NCBI GenBank assembly: GCA_015056565.1
Contig: SVGB01000004.1
Span: 34,875 to 98,874, forward strand
Length of the DNA: 64,000 bases
Reading direction: 5' to 3'
Origin: Butyrivibrio sp.
GTDB lineage: Bacteria; Bacillota; Clostridia; Lachnospirales; Lachnospiraceae
How positions within the stretch are numbered: the first letter of the stretch is position 1; each line of letters begins with the position of its first letter. Below are positions 56,681 through 64,000 of the stretch, one piece after another. Under the pieces are notes generated by a model. That model searched no databases. It was not told where the DNA came from and saw only the letters and a program-made list of their open reading frames with translations. A program made the translations under genes and the position numbers.

Positions 56681-59155
56681 TTAGTATACTAATGCGTTTG
56701 TCCAATAGTTCTGTCCATAAATATCTGTGAAGCGGTACATCACATAGACATCCCCATCTCCAAGATATGTGTTGCTGATCTGCATATCGGACATATCGCC
56801 CTTTACTGTCATCTGCTCACCAAGCTTATATACGCCGCTAAACTCCTTGTCATAGGTGTAGGCATCGCACAAAAAGTCTATCTTGTCGCCCTCAGTCAGC
56901 TCAGTGAGGTTTTTGGCAATAGTCTCTGTCTCGCCCTCCACATAATCATACTTGGCTCCAGCCACGTATCCGTCTTCATTCTCTGAATCAAATACCAGGA
57001 TGAGCTCTGCTCTGTCTCCATTTATAAGGCAGGGAACTCTTCCGGTTATGGCATAGGAATCCTCGGTGCCCTGAACATCTACAACCTTGTAAGCAACCAC
57101 CTGACCATCAATTGAAATCCAGGTCTTATCTGTCTGTGCCTTAAGATTGCCATTGTCATCAAAGTCAAAGATATTATCAAGTCCCAGATCTACAAATGCT
57201 TCCCCGTCATCATAGTACAGGTTAAGCTCAAGATCCTGGACCATGCTCCACTGGTCCTTTGTGAGGCTTATCACATCCTCGCCATCATCATTGGTAGTCC
57301 ATAAAAGAGCTGATGAATCAAACTGGTTGTTGGCGATATAATTTGCAGCCTTCTCAACATCGATGCTCCTGCCAAGAAGGGATGCAGTAGATGATGTCAG
57401 TCCCGCGCTGCTATAGTCGCTTGAAAGGAATGCAGTAAGGAGCTGGGAGATCATCTCCGCTGACTGTGTTCCAGAAGAAGATGAACCTGACAGTTCGCCA
57501 AATAATGATGGCATTGCACTAGATGCACCACCAGCAGCAACCTGTCCGGATGTTCCAATACCTGCAAAGGATGAAATACACTTGGCGTATTCCTCATCCA
57601 TTCCAATGTCTTCATAGGTATCCACCATAGCGTTTACCTTATTGGGGTTTCCGGCTCTATATGGGAAATAGATGGAAAGGCCGTAGGCATTGGTCATATT
57701 TGAGCTTGTTCTGTTGTACTTGATAGAGTCCTTAAGTACATCAGCCAGATCTTTTGCTTCCTGGGTTCCGATCCTGTTGGCAAAGTCAATGATATCAATC
57801 TGGTCTATTCTGGCCTGAGCAAACTCTCTTGAGCTTGAACGGGCATTAGATACTGTCTTAAAGTCATCGCCATTTATCATCGCAGAAGTGTCTTTTGAAA
57901 ACTCTGCAAGTTCCGAAGGCACTGTCTGTGAAAGCTCGCAAAGGTCGATCAGGGAAAGAGTAGTCTTCTGTCCAGGACATGTCTTTGCGCAGGCATCAGT
58001 AAACGAATCAATTATGATCTTTGAAAGATCAGTTGTTGCAATAGAAGTATCTTTTGATACTGCGTTGAGCCAGTCTGTGTAGTACCAGCCAACACCAGGC
58101 TCTGTCTCCTCTGATGCCACAAGGTAATCAGCGTAGTTTGAAACAACAAGGGCATTCTCAACTGTTGCCATAAGACAGGTGTCAAAGCCAACAAAATCAA
58201 AGTTCACCCCGCCATTTTTAAGGGCTGTATTGATACCTGCAAGGCTCATTGCTCCTGCAGACTGGAACTTCTCATCGTATCCGTAGCCACCAGTTGATCC
58301 GCCGCCGTGATCCCAGAAGATCAGGATATTTCTGTTAGCAGGAAAAGAGTTTGCCGCATAATTTATGAAACCTGAAAGAGTATCAGCTCTTGTCATAGGA
58401 ACATTTCCTACGTTGTCATTTAATACAGCAAGCTTTCCATTTTTGATCTGATATATCTGATTGGTAGAGCTTGAAACAACGTTATTCTGCCACTGCTTGG
58501 CTCCTCCAGTGTAGATAATGAGGTTAACATTATCCCCAACGTTTGCTGCAAGCATCTCCTGAAGATCTCTTGAAGCCATTCCGCTTCTGCTCTCAAGATC
58601 TGCACCGCACATGTATACCATGATGGTAACAACATCCTGACCACCACCCTTTATAACTGTGCGCTTAGCACGAGCCTTGTCTGATACGGATGTATTAAGC
58701 CTTCCTGTATTGTTATCTCCGCTCCAGGCTGCGTTTGCACCGCTGCTGGCTCCCTGATATGAGCTGTATCCGCCTCCAAGCAGTGAACCAAGCATAGAAA
58801 GGGTTGATCCAGCTGAACTTCCTGAAGATGTTGAGCCAGTAACTCCAGTACTTGTGCTGGTCTGTGGCTGCGATGTTGTTGTCTGATACTGTGTTGTATC
58901 AGAGTCGCTGCTGCCGCCAAGGAAGGATGATAATCCGCCACCTCCGCCAAGAAGCACCACAAGAACTATTATTATCATGAATAAGGGACTTCTGCCCCCG
59001 GATCTCTGTGGTCCGCCACCTCCCTGGGAAGAAGGTCCGCTACCCATTCCACCTGAATTTACGACTGGTCCTCCGCCAAGAGCCTCTCCTCTTCTGTGAA
59101 CTCCGGAGCCACCACCAGTCACATTTTTCTTTCTACCAACCGGTCTGTTTTCCAT
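56681..59155 (-). CDS. Clostripain-family (peptidase C11) membrane-anchored cysteine protease
   Basis: YMCGADLES, WDHGGG (His), FDTCLM (Cys), ASEETEPG-GW; start MENR with RBS GGAGG. Confidence 0.88.
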   Translation of the reverse strand: MENRPVGRKKNVTGGGSGVHRRGEALGGGPVVNSGGMGSGPSSQGGGGPQRSGGRSPLFMIIIVLVVLLGGGGGLSSFLGGSSDSDTTQYQTTTSQPQTSTSTGVTGSTSSGSSAGSTLSMLGSLLGGGYSSYQGASSGANAAWSGDNNTGRLNTSVSDKARAKRTVIKGGGQDVVTIMVYMCGADLESRSGMASRDLQEMLAANVGDNVNLIIYTGGAKQWQNNVVSSSTNQIYQIKNGKLAVLNDNVGNVPMTRADTLSGFINYAANSFPANRNILIFWDHGGGSTGGYGYDEKFQSAGAMSLAGINTALKNGGVNFDFVGFDTCLMATVENALVVSNYADYLVASEETEPGVGWYYTDWLNAVSKDTSIATTDLSKIIIDSFTDACAKTCPGQKTTLSLIDLCELSQTVPSELAEFSKDTSAMINGDDFKTVSNARSSSREFAQARIDQIDIIDFANRIGTQEAKDLADVLKDSIKYNRTSSNMTNAYGLSIYFPYRAGNPNKVNAMVDTYEDIGMDEEYAKCISSFAGIGTSGQVAAGGASSAMPSLFGELSGSSSSGTQSAEMISQLLTAFLSSDYSSAGLTSSTASLLGRSIDVEKAANYIANNQFDSSALLWTTNDDGEDVISLTKDQWSMVQDLELNLYYDDGEAFVDLGLDNIFDFDDNGNLKAQTDKTWISIDGQVVAYKVVDVQGTEDSYAITGRVPCLINGDRAELILVFDSENEDGYVAGAKYDYVEGETETIAKNLTELTEGDKIDFLCDAYTYDKEFSGVYKLGEQMTVKGDMSDMQISNTYLGDGDVYVMYRFTDIYGQNYWTNALVY

Positions 59156-59235
59156 AATATGCCTCCACGATAAACACTCGATTTTACATACATCAATGAT
59201 ACCACAAAAAGGCTGGGAATAAACAAGGGGACAAC

Positions 59236-59341
59236 ACACGGGGACGGTTTTCCTGACACGGGGACGGTTCTGTTGTCAGATTTTATTTAGATAAAATCTG
59301 ACAACAGAACCGTCCCCGTGTCAGGAAAACCGTCCCCGTGT
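59236..59341. repeat. REP/REPIN-like palindrome, copy 4
   Basis: 51-bp perfect arms (59236-59286 and 59291-59341), loop TTAG; core matches copy 3 in inverted orientation. Confidence 0.92.
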
Positions 59342-59361
59342 CTTATCCCCTCATTAAATAA

Positions 59362-61008
59362 TCACAGTTCAAGTCTGCCTGCACAGATCAGCTTACCTGA
59401 TCTTCTGTCAAACAGTAGAATGTCGTTTCCATTTATGTTAATCTTCTCCTCCTGACCGATCTGGTAGATCACGCCGCCAAAGATAACGCTGGTAAGAAGA
59501 AACTCTCCCACACGGAGCTTAAGAGTTGACTCCATACCTGTAGGCATCGCACCATAGATAGTTGTGTCGATTTTGCCATTTGCGGCGATATCGATGGCTT
59601 CAGGTCGGATTCCGATCACGAAATCTTCGTCAGTGATGACCGGCTCATCAGCCAGAGAATCATCCTGCTCTTCAACCTTCTGGATGTGGTATTTGAACAC
59701 CTCATCCTTGTTGCTCTTTTCTACAGCTCCCTTCACCATAAGGCGCTGTCTTTCAAATTCTGCCTTGTCCGCAGCTTCTTTGTCTCTTTCCTCTCTCCAT
59801 TTGTTAAGGTCAAGAGCATCTGTCGGAACAAATCTTGCCTTGATGCCTCCAAGGATATCAAGGGATACGCTGCCATCACTCTGCTGAGTGCCCTTGCCAT
59901 CAACAAAGTTCATGGAAGGATTTCCAACGAAGTCTGCAACAAAGAGATTTGCAGGTCTGTTGTAAACTTCAAGAGGCGCAGCATACTGCTGAAGAACACC
60001 GTTGTTCACAAGGCAGATCCTTGTAGCCAGTGTCATGGCTTCCATCTGGTCATGGGTTACATACACAAAGGTGCTGCCTGTCTCAACATGGAGTCTCTGC
60101 AGCTCATATCTCATCTCGAGACGAAGCTTTGCATCAAGGTTTGAAAGAGGCTCATCCATGAAAAGAACCTGTGGCTCAGGAGCCAGTGTTCTAGCTATGG
60201 CAACTCTCTGCTGCTGACCACCTGAGAGCTCTGCCGGATATCTGTCCATGAACATCCCGATCTTAACGATCCTTGAGCAGGCTCTGACTCTTGAATCAAT
60301 CTCTTCCTTTGAAAGCTTCCTGTTTTCGATTACAGGTTCGCCATTTTTTAGTACCTCGTACTTGTCATTAAGGCTCTTGCCTTCTCCCTGGTACTTTGCC
60401 TTGATATCGGAAAGCTTCTTTTCATACTCTGAGAGCTTTGCCTTAGCCAGGGTTGCTGGATCGCTTGCTGTGTGCACTCCGATTGCAAAAAGCTCTTTTG
60501 CCGTATAGATTGAAAGATTGTAGTTGTCGATGAGCTTGACGTAAGCCTTGTTCTCATCCAGCTTGCCATTCTTATCGCGGCACTCCTCAACTACCTCTTT
60601 TACCTTGTTGCCATTTGAAAGGGCTCTTATCATGTCCCCAGTCTGCTTGGCTGCCACATCCACAACTGGCATTTCCTCGTGGATGTTCTTAAGGCCAAAA
60701 GAAATGTTCTCATAAACAGTCATGTTTGGCCAAAGGGCGTAGTTCTGGAAAAGAAATCCCACTTTACGCTTGTTTGCAGGAACGTTGATACCTGCATTTG
60801 AATCAAATACCACTTTGTCACCAATCACTATGCGGCCTTCTGTAGGGGTCTCAAGACCAGCAATCATACGAAGGATTGTAGTCTTACCACAGCCTGAAGG
60901 TCCAAGAAGAGTAATAAATGAATTGTCAGGAATATTGAGACTGACATTATCTACACCGAAGAACTTGCCCCAGCGCTTTGTTATATTTTCTAAAATGATC
61001 TCTGGCAT
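59362..61008 (-). CDS. ABC importer ATPase (MalK/FbpC-like) with large insertions
   Basis: GPSGCGKT, FQNYAL, LSGGQQQR, MDEPLSNLDAKLR, VTHDQ. Confidence 0.9.
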   Translation of the reverse strand: MPEIILENITKRWGKFFGVDNVSLNIPDNSFITLLGPSGCGKTTILRMIAGLETPTEGRIVIGDKVVFDSNAGINVPANKRKVGFLFQNYALWPNMTVYENISFGLKNIHEEMPVVDVAAKQTGDMIRALSNGNKVKEVVEECRDKNGKLDENKAYVKLIDNYNLSIYTAKELFAIGVHTASDPATLAKAKLSEYEKKLSDIKAKYQGEGKSLNDKYEVLKNGEPVIENRKLSKEEIDSRVRACSRIVKIGMFMDRYPAELSGGQQQRVAIARTLAPEPQVLFMDEPLSNLDAKLRLEMRYELQRLHVETGSTFVYVTHDQMEAMTLATRICLVNNGVLQQYAAPLEVYNRPANLFVADFVGNPSMNFVDGKGTQQSDGSVSLDILGGIKARFVPTDALDLNKWREERDKEAADKAEFERQRLMVKGAVEKSNKDEVFKYHIQKVEEQDDSLADEPVITDEDFVIGIRPEAIDIAANGKIDTTIYGAMPTGMESTLKLRVGEFLLTSVIFGGVIYQIGQEEKININGNDILLFDRRSGKLICAGRLEL

Positions 61009-61010
61009 GA

Positions 61011-62837
61011 TTACTTTCCTCCTATGCCACTGTCAAGGCTTGCGCCTGTCAGCTTGTTTACAAGTGTGTTAAATATAAGGATCGTTACGATGAGGATAAG
61101 GTTTATCGCACTTGAGAATGCGTAAAGCCCCATCTCGTCAAAGTAGTCAAGTGTTGTTGAAAGGATAAAGCCCTGTGTGCAGAGAAGAAGGAATAGTGAC
61201 AGCTCTCTAAGGCAGGTCATGAACGGAAGAAGATATCCGCTTATGATGGATGATTTCTGGATCGGGATTATGATCCTTGTCATTCTCTTTATCCATGAGG
61301 TGTTCTGGATTATCGCTGCTTCTTCCAGCTCGTTACTGATCTGGAGCATTGAGTTAAGTGAACTTCGCGATGCAAATGGAATGTACTTAACAACGCCGGC
61401 GATGATCAGAAGCGTATATGTGTTAAACAGATTGATGTGCTCATTTGAGAAGAGGATAAAGAATGCAGCTCCTACTGCGATTGATGGCATAAGGTATGGA
61501 AGGAATGCCACGTTGTTTACGTAGTTTGCCCACTTATTTCTTCTCTTTTTAGCTACGGCATAACCGATGAGTGTACCAATAGTTCCTGCGATCAGTGCGC
61601 AAACAACTGCCAGGAACAAGGTTCCAAAGAACGCATGCCAGATCGTCTTGTTATAAAGAATACCCGGCTGTCCGTACATGCCGTTTTCTGTGATGTTCTC
61701 ATTTGTTACCCACCACTTGTTTGTAAGGTGCGCGAGATTTCCTGTATAAAGGAAGCTGTAATCTCCCGGATTTGGAAGGAAGGTCTCAAGGGCAAACAAA
61801 AGGATTGGCCAGATACTTGTAAAGAATGTGATAAGGATAAAGATTATTCCTACAAGGTATTTTCCGACTTTACCGATTGAAAGCTTAGTGAGCTGTCCTG
61901 ACTTACCGGTTACTGTGGTGTAGTTTTTGCGGCTCTTAAGTGAGAGCTGGTTCATTCCAAGGATCAGTACTCCGAAGACCATCATGATTATGGCAAGGAT
62001 ACTTGCTTCTCCGGTGTATTTACTGTTCATGGAAATGTACTTGGTCGATAGTGTTGTAAGGTTCAGATAATGTGGTACAGGATAACTTCCCATTGCGCTT
62101 CCGAATACCAGAAGGATCGTGGAAAGAATAGCCGGCTTGATCATTGGAAGTGTTACCTTGAACATGATCTTCCACTTTGGTGTATCAAGGATTGTTGCAG
62201 CCTCCTCAAGGTTTGCATCCATATTCTTGAAGATTCCGCCAATGAGGATATAAGCAAATGGTGCATAGTGAAGTCCCAGAACCATGGCACTTGGGAATAC
62301 TCCCTGACACCACCAGTGCGGCATATAGATTCCAAAGATTGCTGCAAGCAGTCCATCTGATGTTCCTGTTATCTTGTTTGAATAGAACATGTGCTGCCAA
62401 ACAACAGCCAGTGTCCACTGAGGCATGATGTATGGGAAGATGAAGATGGAGCTCAGGTACTTTTTGAACTTCATGTCCGTTCTTGTTACAAGGAATGCGA
62501 ACAGTCCGCCAAAAAGTATTGATATAAGACAGGTAAGTACTGAGAGGATGACCGTATTTAGAAGTGGCATCCATAGGTTTGTCTTTGCAAGCTTACTTGT
62601 GAAAAGATCTGTGTAGTTAACTATTGTGTATCCGGATACCCTCTTTGTCAGATGCTGATCGATAGTTCCCGGATGGATCGCAAAAGTGTCTTTTACAATT
62701 GCGATGATCGGTGCGACTGTTGAAAAGGTCAGTACAATCCCAAACAACAAAAGTATAATGTTCTGAGGCTGGGAAAACCATGTCTTTACCTTATTCTTGA
62801 AAATCGCACTTTTGTCTGGTTTTGCGATTGTCTGCAT
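61011..62837 (-). CDS. Fused double ABC permease (FbpB/AfuB-like)
   Basis: Two EAA loops (LEEAA twice), about 12 TMs. Confidence 0.88.
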   Translation of the reverse strand: MQTIAKPDKSAIFKNKVKTWFSQPQNIILLLFGIVLTFSTVAPIIAIVKDTFAIHPGTIDQHLTKRVSGYTIVNYTDLFTSKLAKTNLWMPLLNTVILSVLTCLISILFGGLFAFLVTRTDMKFKKYLSSIFIFPYIMPQWTLAVVWQHMFYSNKITGTSDGLLAAIFGIYMPHWWCQGVFPSAMVLGLHYAPFAYILIGGIFKNMDANLEEAATILDTPKWKIMFKVTLPMIKPAILSTILLVFGSAMGSYPVPHYLNLTTLSTKYISMNSKYTGEASILAIIMMVFGVLILGMNQLSLKSRKNYTTVTGKSGQLTKLSIGKVGKYLVGIIFILITFFTSIWPILLFALETFLPNPGDYSFLYTGNLAHLTNKWWVTNENITENGMYGQPGILYNKTIWHAFFGTLFLAVVCALIAGTIGTLIGYAVAKKRRNKWANYVNNVAFLPYLMPSIAVGAAFFILFSNEHINLFNTYTLLIIAGVVKYIPFASRSSLNSMLQISNELEEAAIIQNTSWIKRMTRIIIPIQKSSIISGYLLPFMTCLRELSLFLLLCTQGFILSTTLDYFDEMGLYAFSSAINLILIVTILIFNTLVNKLTGASLDSGIGGK

Positions 62838-62902
62838 GTTATCTCCTCTTCTTTTAAAAATCACAAGGGCTTATTAAGCCCTTGTGACCATATGATTGCT
62901 TA

Positions 62903-64000
62903 TCATTCACCTGGTGCATAATGATCAAGTACGTCGATCCAACTGCCAACTGAGAAGGAAACTTCTGAACAGTATGCAGGATCCTCAAGTACCAGCTCAC
63001 CATCTGTTGTCCACCAGTCATATCCTCTGTCGTTCTTAGCTGGGAACTCATCTCCGCCGCCCTGAGAGTGATTGAATTTCTCTTCAACCTCTTTTGCAAC
63101 GTTAGGATTTGCTGAGTAGCCACCCATATCCTTGCCCCAAGGCTCAAAGCCTGCCTCTGTGCATGTCATGAAAGCGATGAATGCGCATGCTGTCCAAGGA
63201 AGAGGACTGTTCTTTGTAAGGAAGAGGTAGTGGCAGTAGCCATATCCGCCGATTCCTGTGTAGCCATCCTGGTATGCTGCAACGTTGATGTTGTTAACTG
63301 ACACTGTAGCTGACTCCTCTACTGAACGGAGCTTTGAATAAACAAGGAGACCTGACTGATCTGTAGCTGACGCATCAACAAGTGTGTTGCAGATAGGGCC
63401 ATCATCAGTCTGCTCGTTGTAGTTGTTAACCCAGAGCTTGATCCATGCAAGAGCGTAAGCGCCGTTTGCGCCAAGGCCAAGATCGTTAGCATCTGCCTGC
63501 ATCTCCTGGATTGTAGGCTCAAAATATGCCTTCTTGGTGTCATCAAGCTTGTCATAAGCCTCTTTAAGCCATGTAGCGTACTTGTCTTCTGTGAGCATCA
63601 TAAGGAAGTTCTTTCCTACGATCTCAGAGTCAACGCCCATGAAAAGAGGGTGTGATCCGTCATATACGAAATCCCAGCAGTTTGTGTAAGTTGCGCTGCC
63701 TGTGTTGTTGTACATAAATACCTTGTTAAGTGTCTGAAGAGGTAAAAATCCTTCGTAAGCATCAGCTGTTGTTCCATTTGCTTCTGCCCACTCCTTAGGA
63801 ACAAATGTCTTAAGGATATCAGTGTCTACCATCTTGGACTGGATCTGGTTACCATCCTGGATAAGAGTCATAGCAAATGTGCCTTCGCTCTTAAGTGAAT
63901 CAGATGTAAGCTGCTCAAAGATCTTGTTGTTTTTTGGCTGCTGCCACTCGAACTCCATTGTGTATGAAGGGTCGATTGTCTGTAAGTACTCGATGAATAC
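62903..64000 (-). CDS. ABC substrate-binding protein (FbpA/AfuA-like); N-terminus outside the window
   Basis: Frame stays open to the window end; upstream of the permease and ATPase. Confidence 0.7.
   Translation of the reverse strand, partial: VFIEYLQTIDPSYTMEFEWQQPKNNKIFEQLTSDSLKSEGTFAMTLIQDGNQIQSKMVDTDILKTFVPKEWAEANGTTADAYEGFLPLQTLNKVFMYNNTGSATYTNCWDFVYDGSHPLFMGVDSEIVGKNFLMMLTEDKYATWLKEAYDKLDDTKKAYFEPTIQEMQADANDLGLGANGAYALAWIKLWVNNYNEQTDDGPICNTLVDASATDQSGLLVYSKLRSVEESATVSVNNINVAAYQDGYTGIGGYGYCHYLFLTKNSPLPWTACAFIAFMTCTEAGFEPWGKDMGGYSANPNVAKEVEEKFNHSQGGGDEFPAKNDRGYDWWTTDGELVLEDPAYCSEVSFSVGSWIDVLDHYAPGE

Overview
A chromosomal, mostly housekeeping window from a low-to-mid-GC anaerobic Firmicute. 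Gene content and order suggest Lachnospiraceae, possibly Butyrivibrio-like; this is inference. It carries oppA/oppB, ltaE, msrC, several ABC systems, fba, greA, the yabO-divIC-tilS-hpt-ftsH block without yabP/yabQ/spoIIE, cca, two tandem diguanylate cyclases, T-box-controlled proS, nrdDG, murI, trxA/trmB, gpx, a clostripain-family protease and three tRNAs. No integrase, transposase, prophage or CRISPR array was seen. The most notable unexplained signals are: (1) an ECF sigma factor followed by an 84-aa protein with an internal double-glycine-leader-like motif, where the motif TTTGCCACA-N11-TTCGTATAAA sits in front of this gene and again, with identical spacing, in front of a 67-aa membrane protein 31 kb away; (2) four long REPIN-like palindromes whose arms vary in concert; (3) a shared ATTGYRCGCAAT operator at gpx and msrC; (4) a candidate C-rich sRNA or attenuator; (5) a 16-aa amphipathic micro-ORF with its own terminator; (6) a shattered GGDEF pseudogene between two identical tRNA-Gly genes. 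All calls come from reading the sequence by eye; no database searches were run.
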